The position numbers and the translations under genes were made by a program. From Sphagnum compactum (Eukaryota): DNA of 64,000 nucleotides. The stretch lies in the NCBI GenBank assembly GCA_965153455.1, contig OZ234494.1:3658001-3722000 (forward strand). Reading direction: 5' to 3'. Each line of letters opens with the position of its first letter. Position 1 is the stretch's first letter. Below are positions 1 through 13,384 of this stretch, one piece after another. Below the pieces are notes generated by a model, which searched no databases, had not been told where the DNA came from, and was given only the letters and a program-made list of their open reading frames with translations.

Positions 1-863
1 CAAACTGCCACTGAAGCACATTAATGTGACTAGAACACCTCCCAATGGCAGTCAGGCAGGTAAGTGATCACTTTAACAACAAATCTTGCATACAATACTT
101 GTAGAGTGCCGTTGTTCTTCATGCTCTACTTGCATGCTGGCTGAGTGAGCTTCAGCTGAGCTCCAACTGAGCTCTTTTTGCAGGCTGGGCCAGGGAAACT
201 TACTCACAAGATTGGATGTCCCAGTGAACCATCAGAACCCCACCAGTGCACCATGGAAAAAATATGGATGATGTGTCTGAAAAGGAAATACTTCTTCATT
301 GAATTCCTTTCCCATGCATACATAGCGAACCACACCTCCAGAGTTAGCCATGTATCAAACCATCCATCCACATATCTAGTATCTATCTATAATTGTTGGT
401 CGGTTATTGAGAACATGAGCTCTTCACAAAATGAAAGCCTCCTGAGCTTCAAACCAAACCTCCCTTGACATCTCACCTCTTATTGCTATGAACTTGCAAA
501 CAACAGTTGGGATAGTCATCAACCTCTTGGTGCATTTGGTTCAGACCAAGCCTTTTTTTTTGTAGAAAGTTCTGTAACTAGATAAGCTCATATCACCCAT
601 TGTCTCGTTCTAGGCCCTTCCTTGTTTATACCATTGTTGTCTGGCAAATTCTTGCTATTTTGAGAAATATTTTTTGAGAAAAACATGCTTTTTAAAACAT
701 AAAAATGTCTTTTACCAAAAAAAAGAATGCACCACTTTCATTATTATTATTTCTTCAATGAGCTTGACTTCAGGTTTTTTTTTTTTAATTATGAAACCTC
801 TAGTGCAATTTTGTGAAGTGTATTCTTAATTCTTAAACCTCCATATCCATTGTTCTTTCACAA

Positions 864-1135
864 AATGGGTCCTCTAGGATTGCAGATAGTACAAAGGGTA
901 CTACTGTCTGCTCCTTTTTTCCCTGACTACCCAATTGCCCAACCAAGATGTGTCTGGTGCTGCCAAGACACAATTTTTGTGTCTTATTATTCACACTTTG
1001 GGTGTGTGTAACAGGACCCAAATTTGTGTCTGGGCATCATCCATCTTTTTCTTTAAAACATGGATTGGACCAAGAGCAGACAAGAACCAAAAAAAGCAGA
1101 CATTACTTTTGTACTATCTGCAATAAGGACCCATT
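864..1135. mobile_element. MITE-like foldback element with ~45-bp imperfect terminal inverted repeats
   Basis: Left end aatgggtcct..ttgcagatagtacaaagggtactactgtctgct (864-912) is the imperfect reverse complement of right end agcagacattacttttgtactatctgcaataaggacccatt (ending 1135). No credible coding capacity inside. Confidence 0.6.
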
Positions 1136-4100
1136 GTTGACTTAAGATCCTTGACTATAAGTAGGTAACAAACCAGTGTTGTGCAGTTATCTCCCCCCCC
1201 CCCCCCCCCCGCCCCCACGGTAATCTTGAATATGTTGGATTACATATCCAAAGCACATGTGGATAGAATGGATGGACAAATCTTGGTTATTTTGAAGGAT
1301 GTATTTGCCTTTGAAATTCTAACAAGTTTCAAGTGTTGTTCAATGCAATAATGTGATTTAATCAACTCAAGATGACAATTGAAATTTTTCTATGCATCAC
1401 TTTGAAACCAATACTAAGGACAGCAAAGCGTCATAACTAGCATCCATGAAATGAGATGTTGAAATTCTTGCAATTAATTCCAAAGTGAATGATTTAGTTA
1501 CAACTAGAGTATATACACGTGATTCATGAAAGATATGATGCATCATAACTTACAAGTTTGGACACATAGGCATTAAGAAGACCTTAAAACGGAAGACCTT
1601 CAATGACAAATCAACTATTGTTGGTCGTTGAAGGTTTGCCATTGAAGGTTTGAGTTTGAGCCATCAAGATTTGGTTGAATACATTCACAACACAATGCAT
1701 GCATTTGAAATGGAAGGTGACTTCATTATATTTCAACATCTCAAGTGTTGAATATTTCTACTTTGATTCCATGGATTTCACATTTTGGGTTACATGTTTA
1801 AATGCCCATGGTGAGAAGATCCATGTGTCCCAAAAGGTTTTGACTAGTTTTGTGGATGATGCAAAACCATCTTGCTTGGTTTTTTTAAATCAAATTGTAT
1901 TTTGTTTCCATCCTTGAATGTTCTTTCAATTTTGTACACTTGAATTGAGTTTATGTCCAGTTGTTGGTTGGCATTTTTTTTCCTTGCTTCAGTCCAAGAT
2001 GTTATTGCATTGGTGCAAATTTATCATCTACTATTGATAAGTGTAGGTTTTACCAGTTGAAGGTTTGCTTTGTACACATGTTTGATGTTTCCATTATACT
2101 TTTTTTAGTTCTTGAGGTACTATCATTTGTTGGTGCACAATTTTTCTGTTTTGATTTTTATCATTTTGATGCACATTTTGAACTACCACCCACCATGCAA
2201 GTTTTTCTTCATTTCTATCGCTTACAAACATTTTGATCAAAATAATGCTGAACCAGCACCTTGTGGATTGTTGGTTTGTGATGATTTTACAATGTTTTAC
2301 AATGAGAGATTTTTATTAGCTTGTGAATTCCATGTTTTGTTCACCAACTATGTGAAATGTAAATGTTGTAGTAGCATTGTTCACAAAATCAAGCAATGAA
2401 TTGTTTGGGCTTGGACATTTAACTTGGTACATTATACAAAGGCTTTGAATTATGACTCAAACATTTAATCATTTATTTCAATTGTAGTTAAGTGTTTTTG
2501 GACGATTTAACAATGCTTATGAATATTTGAAGGTCTATTTATGTGTCCAAGAAACATTTATCATTTCAATGAACCAAATATTCCTCCTTGTTTTGAATGC
2601 AACCCATTGATTGCACTTAAAACTAGGAGGAATATTGGTCTTGTCACCTTCAACAATTCTACCCCACCATCCTAATTTTCAATTGATTAATTATGTAGAA
2701 GAATATAGTAAATTTTGGTAGTCATGTGTATATTGCAACCACCAACTATAGTTCAAACAATCCCATTTTTCTTCATTGTTGCAAGTTTGTTGATACATCT
2801 TTGCTACTAGAAGTTTGTTGCCACATGTTTGTTGCTGCATGTTGTTCATTATAAATGTAGGTGTTGAATCTTGATTCAACGACCAACAATAGACCTTCAA
2901 AATCACAAATAAAGATGTTTCACTTTTGCACAAATGTGATCCATGCATGGATTATTTACAACATATGCAACAAACAAGAAAGAAAAATGAATAAATTCAT
3001 ATAAGAAAGAAGTCCAAAATTCACCTTGGGAGCCATGAAAGATGGACTATTTTCAACCATTTTTGCAATTAATGGCATGTACATTAATTCATTTTTCTAA
3101 ACTAAACATGTTAAATGCTATGTAATCCTTCTTATCCATTTTCTAATCCCTCGCTTGTTCTTGATTAACATTATTTAAAATCAAGAAATTACGAAGGCCA
3201 AATCAAAATTAATTGATTATTAGTCCATCTTTCCATCATTGGAACCGTCCGAAAACACCATGTTACCTAGTTTCATCAATTAGACATTTTAAATATTCAT
3301 AATTTCAATTGGCCCCTCCATTACTAATTATGTAATTAATCGAATTACAAGCATATAAAAAGGATTTTGTGTTGTTTCTATTTTCATGTCTAGTACCTAG
3401 CCAAAATTGTATAAATCATCTTATACATGATTGCCATTTTTGTTACGTCACAAAATTGGAAAAACCTAGTTGTAGGTTTTACAAACACAATGCACATGCT
3501 TAAACTATTTTCATATGTACTTTTTCATTGTACTATGTTGGATTTTCATAAATTGAAAATTATAATGCAACATGGATTTCAAAAGTCTGTCAATGAATGA
3601 ATTTATCATTTCCAATAACAATGTTTTATGCAAGGTCATTAGCTTGTCAATATACTGGTTTTTTTCGAAATTTCATCAAATTTCAACCTGAAAAAACGAT
3701 AATCAACCTATACAAAGGAATTTGATGTGGAAAAGATGGCTTGAATATGCCAAATTTGAAAAAATAAATTAAATTGTCATATTTTATGATAAGTACCAGC
3801 AGGTAGCTAATTTTACATTGAATACCATTATAAAAACTTGATTAGGTAGCTAAGAATATGAAAAGATTTCACATTGAAAACCATTGTAAAAACTTGATTA
3901 TTCTAAAAGAACACGAAAAGAGTATGAAGTTGAAGAAGATTGAGAATTGTCAAATTGTTAGCATAATAATATCTATAATTTGAGAAACTTCTTTTGCTCT
4001 CTTATGGTGAAATCCATTAATGATGAACCTAATGATAAGAATCAAAGCAATTCCAATCTATTCAAAGAAAGATATAACCAAATTTCAAATGCAACTATTG

Positions 4101-4539
4101 TTTGCATAATTGTTACACCATCACGTTCAACAAAATTCATCTTCACACAACTCTCTTGACTTTAACTTGAATCTGCATAAGAGTTTGTTTGTAAACAAAT
4201 GTTCTCAACTTGTAAACCTCTTTCTCTCCTTGTTTTTGCTTGTTTGCTTTTCAACATAGAGTAAGATGAGAAAATAAATTTCATAGAGAACTTGCACAAG
4301 AAACTCTTATGGTAGAGAGGTTTTTAAAAAAAACTCAAACAAAAAACTCTCACGCCCTTCCATGCATTTTGGACCTTCACACATGAAGTTTTGTTGTGGG
4401 CTTCAACATCAAGAAACACCCAAACTCAAGGTGAAACTTGGAAGTGCATTTCATTTCAAAGAAATTTTGAGTTTGTAAGAAGAGGTTGCACATTGCTTTT
4501 GCACTGAAATCCAAGAAACCAACAACCCAAGATCTTCTA

Positions 4540-4620
4540 CCCTAAACCCTATAAAAATCATGAACCCTACACACCCCCATGATCTTCTTCTACCCTAAGC
4601 CCCAAACCCTAAAACCCTAT
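4540..4620 (+). promoter_or_regulatory. Telo-box (AAACCCTA) cluster upstream of the SMYD gene start
   Basis: ctaaaccctat (~4542) and ccaaaccctaaaaccctat (~4602-4620) lie 100-180 bp upstream of the ATG at 4724. Telo-boxes are known plant promoter/5'UTR elements; function here is inferred. Confidence 0.4.
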
Positions 4621-4723
4621 GAGATTGCAGACAAAACCCCCAATAACAACACAACCGTCTCCTTCAACATCCCTTCCAGAAACAATTTTTCGAGGTCCAA
4701 GGGTTAGGTCTGATTGATGGGAG

Positions 4724-7700
4724 ATGGACGGTGTGAAGGCTAGTTTGCCTCAGACACTGGTGCAGGAGATTGAAAGCGGGTTGAGCTCCGTGGAGTCGAC
4801 TTGCACTGCTCTTGCTTCCCATTTCTCTCACAACCATGTCTGCTTTCAGGTCTGTAAGCAACTTTTTGTTCAGTGGGCGATGGTTTTTTTTTTCCTCGCA
4901 TCTCTTTTTTTCTCCCCTCGGATGATGTTCTTTGGGTGATGTTTTCTGGTCTCTCATATTCTTCCTTGGGATGTTAATTGCTGATTTTCTGATCTATGGG
5001 ATTCATTGCTGAGATCTCTCATGTTCTCTGATTTCTTAGATTTTTTCATCTTTTTGTAGTAAAATGCCATGTGCCTTCCAGTGTGCTTGTGAGAGAAGAA
5101 GCCTCTTGTTTTCAGAGGTTCCTTCTTTTAAATCAATCTACACTGGTGCATTTTCTTGTGGTCCAGTTATTGCAGCAGTTGATAGAACCAGGTATGACAA
5201 GCTGTGCCAAAGACCGACAAACAGCCCTTGATTGTAAGGGTGAAGGCAATGCTGCTTTTGGCAGAGCATCTTTCAAACATGCACTAGACTGCTACACTAA
5301 GGTTTGCATGCAATCTATCAAACCTTGTTTGATTTTGTTGCCTGAATCTGCCAGCTGTTTTCCCCTGAACATGCAGTTTCTCTTAAGGGAACGTGGTTTT
5401 TTTTTCAATCCAGGGACTGCGCTTCATCTCACTGAACACTCAGATTGATGCGTCACATGCTGCTACACTTCTAGTCAATCGTGCAGCAACTCTGCATGTA
5501 AATCATCAACCCTGATATTCACAGTCTTGTTGTGTAGCTCACTGCCCATATGCAGTATGGAATGCTCAGAATGGGTGTGAAGATTGAACTGCTGTCTTCT
5601 TGTTGTTGGCCACTCTCGATTTGATGAACATTTTTTTAGGGTTTAGGGTTTTTAGTCTTGGTATTTGTATTGACTTCTGTATTGCAATAAACTAGAACAG
5701 AAAGTATTATTGCAGCAGCTGAAAGAAGGCACTGACCTTGTAAGGTGATGATATCAGCGGCTTGAGTTGCTGGATGCTGCAGTGCAGGATTGCACTTGTG
5801 CGATTGAACTGCAGCCAGACTACGCCAAGGTGCTTTCCTTTTCCAGTTGAGGATGACATTTGAGTTTTTCTTTTCTTTTCCCCTGCCATTGGGGAGCAAC
5901 AGTAATTACTCCCCCAATAGTCACAAAGGTGGTGTTCTCTTTACAGGCATGGTACAGAAGAGGGCGAATACAGGCTGATTTGAGAAACTATGAGAATGCC
6001 ATTGATGATATGAAGAAAGTGCTCTCTCTTGAAAGCTCTGTTGGTGGTCGGAAACAAGTGACAAGAGAGATGGCAGACTTGGAAATTTTGATGTCAGAAA
6101 TGACAGTCATGGACGAAGCATCACATATGATACCTGCTGTGGATTCCAGGTTATCATTGATTGTTTGGTCTTTCCTCCCATCAAAGCTTGTCTGCCTTTT
6201 TGCACTGTGTGTCATATTATGCTTGTGGCTGTGCATGTGTATTTTACTTGGATTGCATTTGATATTCTTAACCTATGTTGCTGTGGTAATACAGCCAGCC
6301 TCAAGTAATTAGGGGTTTTTCCAGGAAGCAGAAAATGGGAACCAAGAGTAATGGAATCAGTCATGGATACCTCCTCAACTTGGACGCCAGAGAAACAGTG
6401 GGGACTGTCTACAGAACAGAACCTTGAACCTGGTTCTCTAATTCTTCAGGAAGCACCATATGCAGCTGTGAGTCCCAGAGCTCTTTGTGGAAAAGCATAT
6501 TTCATTTCCATTGTTGGAATCCTCTCAAAATTTAGAAGATTATTTTAGGTTGTGTTGCTTTGTTGCTTTTTTGGTAATTGTTTCTTCTTGCATCACAGCA
6601 TGATGATGATGACGACAGTGGTCATTGCAGATAGTATTGAAGGCATGTAGGAACTCCCATTGCCACTACTGCTTTGGGCAGCTACCAGCCAATCCAATGG
6701 CATGCAATACATGTGCTATTCCACTTTACTGTACAGAGGCCTGCAGAGACAAGGCATTGGGCTGTGGTTCTGACAGTGCCACTGGAGGCAGTTTGCACCT
6801 CCAGAATGACATATTGTCAGGAGAACATAAGCATGAGTGTGGAGGTGCAAGCTGGTCTGCAGTGCTCCCCACTGATGCAGTTCTGGCTGCACGCATTTTT
6901 GTCCGATCCCAAGCTTTAGGCCACCTGGACAACCAGGTCAAAATACTTGAACCCAATCTGGTGGATGTTGTCATCCAGGGTCCCAGACAATAGACACCAA
7001 GGGCTAACCTATTGATATCATACTGGTGGTGCAGCTGGATCGATTTTGCCATCACTATGAGAATCTGAGTGGCATGGATAAGTTAGATTTGCACGTGCTT
7101 GCAGTGGTGATGGCTAATGTATTGAAGTGCAATTCTGGAGAAGCAACAGACAGTGTAGCTGCTAAGGTATGGCAGTTATCCTCCTGCAACTTGTGAAAGA
7201 ACCTTGTGTTGACTGAAGAGCACTACCACACTCTGCAAAATACTTGACTCTTGGGCATGAGCTAAATTTAGTCAAGATTGTGTTGCTGTGCAGTTGGTGC
7301 TGTTGATAGCACGTGTGCGGGCCAATGCCATGGCTATTGTCTCAATTTCATCTCCTGATGCTGCAGTTCCCATGACTGAACTCAGTGCTCCAGATGTCAG
7401 CTCCTCAACATCCACCCTACTCTCAATTGAGCAGGTAACAGAATCATGTATATGGATTTGAGATTATTACTTCTTTTGAACTTCATGTGGTAGTCTTACT
7501 ATAGAAGTGTAAATGCAGGTCAAGGTAGCACAAGCTGTTTATGTGAAGGCAAGCAGAATGAACCATGCATGCAACCCCAATGTGCATGTTTCATTCCAGT
7601 CACGTTGCCTGAGTGCACGGACCATCAAATCAGTACTGGCTGGTGCTCCTCTGGAAATTTCGTATGGACCTCAAGTGAGTCTGATTTTGATCCTTGTGCT

Positions 7701-9273
7701 ATAGAGAAGGGGTAGCAATTCTGTATGAGCTGTGTGCTACTGGTTTCTCGATGGTTGTGAAGTAGAACCCACTGCTCTAACTTGAATTCCACTAGCCCAA
7801 AGCTCTATATTGTACACAGGGAGACACACAACAACTCTGAAACCTCAACTGTAGGTCAAACTTCTAGATTCAGGAGTGAGGATGATGAAAGAAATATCTG
7901 CTGGGATATATTGTAACATGCCCAGTGTTTTGTCTGTGCTTTGGCAGTTAGGAGAAATGTTTTATGATGACAGGCAGGCATGGCTGAGGGAGCGCTACTG
8001 CTTTACATGCACATGCAGTGCATGCAAGCAGATTACTCACTCAGATCTCCTTCTGATTGCATTGCACTGTAGCAAGGCTAGTTGTGAGGGTGTGGTGCCT
8101 GGTCCAGCTGTTAGCCCTGCCACTGAATCAGAAGCTTTTCAGGTATAGTCTCCGAGATCAGGAGACAATGAAGATTCTGGTAGTCCTCTCTATATTTTCA
8201 TAGGTTTTCAGTAGAAGATAATGTTCCTGTTCTTGTAAGACAAGCAGCAAAGTAGCAACTGGATGTAAATCGAAAGTAGACTTGGTTTCACAGGGAGTAA
8301 AAGGTTGTGGATGCTACAGAGAAAATTGCAGAAGCAAGCCCGATGCTTAGGCTGTGGAACACTGGTGGATGTGGCAACAGTGTCTATTGCAGCCAAAGAA
8401 AGCATGGAAGAACTTGAGAGGTCAGATTCCTCACCTCTATTCTAGGTTTTGGTAGGGAATTTTGGATCAGATAAGAGATGTTTATGGGCTTTTTCTGGGG
8501 TCTGCAGGATTAAATCTGAGCTTTCTTCACCTTCAGCAGGCAAAAATTTGAAGGTGATGGTGGCTGCAGTACTGCACTTGTTGGGTTGTTGCAGGGATGT
8601 CTTGCATTCTTCCAGCAAGCAACTTGCTAGGGTATGTATGTACCTGACTTCAGTGCTGCTTAATCAACTGCTTTCCTCAGGAATGACAAACTGGAATGGT
8701 AACATGAGTAATGTCTAGACTGGGTTGAAAAGCAGGTGGAGGATTTGGTAGCACAAGTATTGTGTACTGCAGATCAACCCCAGGATGCAATCTCACACTG
8801 CCAAACTTCCATTCAGGTAAGATGGAGGAGTAAAACCCATGTTTCTAGTCACGACATACCTATTGTGTGAAACTTCCCTTATCCAACTCTCATCTTTTAA
8901 CAGGAAGAAAAAGTTACCAGTGAACAAGTTGCATGCTTCAGAGCTGTGCCTTATGAGCACATTGGGTTTTAGGAGACAAGTTCTTTTCCTGCATTGCTGT
9001 GTTTTTGGTGTTGCAAGTTATATTGACAATCCTGGATGGTTGCAGATTCTTGAACAGGTTTATAGCAAGGATCATATAGCAGTGGCAAATGAGCGGCTGA
9101 AGCTGACTTCCATTGCACATGCTGCTGGTGACACAAAATGTGCTCTCCTCAACCTTAGCATAGTAGACAGAATCATGCAAATCCATTATGGACCACATTA
9201 TTCTGTCATGTTCCCCTATATTGCTAGCCTGCAGCAAGTGCTTGATAAATCTGGTAGTTTTGTTAAGAACTGA
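4724..9273 (+). CDS. TPR + SET and MYND domain protein (SMYD4-like lysine methyltransferase), 15 exons, ~735 aa
   Basis: Hand-spliced GT-AG exons: 4724-4849, 5167-5301, 5414-5497, 5758-5829, 5947-6149, ~6332-6467, 6631-6936, 7035-7166, 7294-7434, 7519-7674, 7948-8142, ~8332-8420, 8508-8631, 8736-8816, 9046-9273. Acceptors of exons 6 and 12 are uncertain. Motifs: TPRs (KGEGNAAF..ALDCYTK; LLVNRAA; DCTCAIELQPDYAKAWYRRG), MYND finger (HCHYCF..CNTC..YCTEAC..HKHEC), SET (SRMNHACNPN, LEISYG), post-SET (YCFTCTCSAC), C-terminal TPR-like helices. Confidence 0.9.
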
Positions 9274-11689
9274 ATCCCAGGGCAATGGTTTGAAGGGTGG
9301 GAGGTATCACAGTGCACATTCCAAGCTCATCTATAGCTGTACTCTCAAGATTTCCTTCAAGAAAATCCATTAAATGGGTCTCTTTTGTTTGCTCAACACA
9401 ATCTGCCTCTATCCCCTAACCTGCTACATGTTTAAGTAGTTTTTGAAGGTTTTGATTGTGGGCAAACCAAGGAGGACCACCTGGCAGACCACTACTTGCG
9501 TGGGACTTGGAAATTGTGTATGGTACCTGGTTCTGGTGTAGCAGCTCATTATGTTGATTTTGTGTCCCACACTCCAAAGGAATCTGGCAACAAACATGCT
9601 ATTGGATATTGCCCTGGAGATTCATCGGCTGCATGCTGCTCTGAATCTGCCTTTCCATAGGTGTGCTTGTGTGGTCATGATTCAGTCTGGGCATTACAAA
9701 AGTTGTTCAATTGTAGTTTGCAGCTATCCGCAGGTTCTTACAATTCAACATATTCTATGGAGCATCACAAGTGCTAAAGAAGTCCTACTTGGAGTCTTTC
9801 ACATGGGTGTACTGTCCAACAAATACACCATTCTATGGTTTCCAGTACATGGCCACTGTTAACACAACAGCTTTTCAAGCATAAAGATTGTTGATTAGTT
9901 GGTTCAGAGAAATGCTGGCTTACTTGGTAGTATTCTGTGCTAATTTCTTGGTGGGGGTCATTAGAATCAGACTGACTGTTGACCCAAAGAATGGGCTAAA
10001 ACTGCACAAATGGGCTTACTGCATTAAACTAAAAGGTCTTCACCAGATGTCAGATTTGTCTTGGCAAAACAAGTGACAGTGAGAGAGCATGACTAACAAC
10101 CATGTGTTGAATGTTGAAGTTCTCAAGCCTTATTCCACAAAGAAGCATGGATTTCTCTTAGAATTATGTGTCAATTCACAAAATGTAGGTTGTTAGTCAG
10201 GCTTTAAATCTGACATTCACTGCTGTTGTTTGATTGCAATTTTTAAGTTTAAGGTTTGTGCATATCTGAAGAGATCAACAACAATTTGGGTGGGGGTTAT
10301 GCGATGGGTTGGTGACATTTTTCAACTTATGTGCTTTATGTATTAGAAAATCACTTCGGTTCTAATGAAATCTTTTTTTAAGTTGTCACATCTGGACACA
10401 TCAACAAATGAAAGCAAATTATGGTAAATGTAGATGATTTCAACTAGAGCATATGGTTTGAAGATTCTCCATTGTTACATGTATCAAATGCAAGATGCAC
10501 CCCTTTGAATTGGGTGTTAGAAACTCAAGTAGAGCGCTTCCCATTTGAATCTTTAGAAACCTTTGCAGCTAAGTAGTTTCATGCTTTGTTTGTCCATGTG
10601 CATTGTATAGATGAGTAGAAACATAGAAGTTGATAGGGCCATTGCCAAGGAGGCAAATTTGCAAAATGCTCTAAGCAATTCACTCCAAGCAAGAACTTGG
10701 GTATCTTTTTGGGCTTGGAATGTTACAACATGGTCATAGTTTGCAAGCATCATTAGCAATGAGTTTGTCATCTTGGATACATCATAGGATTTTTGTTGCC
10801 TCTGATGTCATGACATTCCTTCTATGTCATCTTAATATCTCAACACATAACTAGATTTAGAAAAGTTGTGATTACACATGTCAAAAAGAATGCTAATAAT
10901 GCAATATTTGCTTTTGTGCAAAGCCACATGTTTGCAGTGCACTTCCACGTGGTCACCATAGGACAAGGACTTTTGTTTCTAATCCATTCCATCATGCATC
11001 CCAAGTTGTCTACATATATTCTTGAGAGCTGCCAATTTTAGAACTTTATGTGGATGATACTTGTCATTCTTTTCAATGTGTGCATCCTAGAACCACAAGC
11101 AACAAAGGTTAATTGTAGATCGCTCCAAATTAGATTTTCATCTATGTTGTGTTTGTAATGTGGGTTCCTTTCACATTGAATAGTGAAAAAAATGGTTCTC
11201 CAAAATGAAGCACATGTCATGCTTCACTTTTTTTTCTCATAGTTGAAGATGGTCCATTTTTCAATACATAAGATCTTAAATTTTTCCTACCAAGTGTTGT
11301 GTCAAACATGTCTCATGAGCTTTGTAATGATACTTTGAAGATTCCTAATTAGGTCTCTCCAACTTTGCCATAAAGAATATTGTTTTGAAGTAGAGATGCA
11401 TTTCAACACACATTGCTCTTGTAGATTAATAGTACTAGGTAGACAAAATTGCAAGGGATTGTCCATAATTTTCAAGATGTTTAATATAATTTTTTTGATG
11501 TGTGCACCTTGATTTGGGTGTGTTCATATATGTGCAAAGTGAATATGGTTTGGGTGTAGCTCATGTTAGAATTTCCATGTGGAAAAGGAAGAGGGAATGT
11601 CGCATGAGAATATCACTTGTGCAAAGGCAACAATAAGAGTCATTGAGGGTAATAAGAAGAGATTGATAACCATTGAAAAAAAGTTTAAA

Positions 11690-12170
11690 CTGTTGCCAAC
11701 TTGTTCCTCTATGTTGACCATGATCACATTGGCCAATTTGACATGGTACATGTGGCACACACCAATTAGCTATTTAGTTAAGCTAAACAAAGATTTTCAA
11801 CTTGGTACAATCAATTTTTCTGTGCAACAAACAATGTAAATTGAAGCATTTGCAATATCATTTGTTCAATTATTTGCCAAGTTGATTTTTTTTTTGGGTT
11901 ATTTTTCAAGTTGATGTTCCCTTTTTGCCAAAATGCTAAGTTGACATCCACTTTACTATTTTGCCAAGTTGATTTTACTAAGAGGCCAAGTCCACATTGC
12001 CATATCGTCAACTTTACATTGCCAAATTTCCAACTCCACATCATTAATGGAGTTGCCAACTTGCCAGGTAGAATTCATCTTGTGGATTGTGTGAATGCTC
12101 TTCAAATTGCTCAACATTAAAAAATTTATAAGTTGCCTAATGCCTAAAATTCATTTTTTCTGCCAACACT
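11690..12170. repeat. Dispersed array of TTGCCAA(GTTGA)-like motifs, resembling a subterminal repeat array of a decayed DNA transposon
   Basis: About ten variants (ttgccaac, tttgccaagttgat twice, ttttgccaaaatgctaagttgac, ttgccaaatt, gttgccaacttgcca) within ~480 bp of AT-rich non-coding DNA. Confidence 0.4.
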
Positions 12171-13384
12171 TCTACCCCAAAAACTAACAATTGTTAGATA
12201 GATAGGAAAAAATTACAAGCTAAAAGAATTCTCAATAATCTGTTGGAGTTTTTATAGTTGAAGGGTGGGAGTAATAAGTGTTCAAAAAACTCATTGCATT
12301 GTCTAAAATGTTAGCTAAAATTATTGACATTTGCTAAGGACCTAATGTTGTTTTTTCCAATGTTTATTCGACACGCTCTTTTCTCAGGGTTCTGGGGAGG
12401 AGATTAAGGTTTTTTCCCTCCTTAATAATCCACTCCTAGGATTCTAAATGCATAACATTATAATAGACACATTTACATAATAGTAGCCATGTGATGCGAT
12501 GGAAAGGAAAAATAACAAACCGTGTAATTTTGTGTATTGATGACTACATAATCCCACAAGAAGACATGTTTTAGCAATCCAAAAATAAATAGCTGGTCTT
12601 GTGAAATTTTAGAAGAATTTCCAAGAGTTAAAATTGATAACCCAATTGAAAGAAATTCTAAGAAGAAAAGAAAAAATGTTTGTGGCAAGTTTGTTGTTTA
12701 GTACTTGAATACCACCAAGTGGTCATTAACACAACCATATCAAGCCATGAAATAAGTCAACAATAGGTGATAAGAAGGATGGAAAAAATCTTCAAGAAAA
12801 ATTCACATTGTTTGGAGTTCCAAAGCTTGCGTAGTAGCATGCTTACAAAATTATGCTTGTAAGGGGCTAGAGATTTGGAACTCTAGTGCTTTGAAAATGC
12901 TTGACCATGGATGACCAAGGGCTGAAAGTGTAAATTTTGTAGGTTATTGCAGATTGCACACTTTTGGTTTACTATTAGTGATGGGCTTACCTTGGATGAT
13001 TTTGAAACATGGGGTGTACATGAGTTGATTTGCTTATGACCATGGCAACAACATTTTGAAAGCACACCACATAGTGATGATGAAGGTGGCCATGGTCAAA
13101 GACATTATTAACATTTGTATCATAAAGACCTTGTTCCACCTAATGAAATAATTCTAAGGTGTGATACGTTAATCTACCATATGGGCAACATGATTGGAGT
13201 TGATTTTTCACAATTGCAACAAACCATTTCGCACAACTCCTTTATTGTCACACCTACAACAATAGCACCATCACTTGACTATTGGAAAACCATCAACAAA
13301 ACAATCCCCATTTCATATGTCATGAAGTCACGTATAGCCTTGGATTTGCTTTGTTGAAACTTTGTGTTTTTTTATTGCACTAAA

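Noticed and set aside
1220-3300. AT-rich region with several short ORFs, possibly a decayed DNA-transposon transposase
   Set aside because: No diagnostic motif could be read confidently; left unannotated.
10250-11560. Possible decayed SWIM/MULE-type coding relic (a CKH-like fragment on the minus strand)
   Set aside because: The motif is too fragmentary to support a call.
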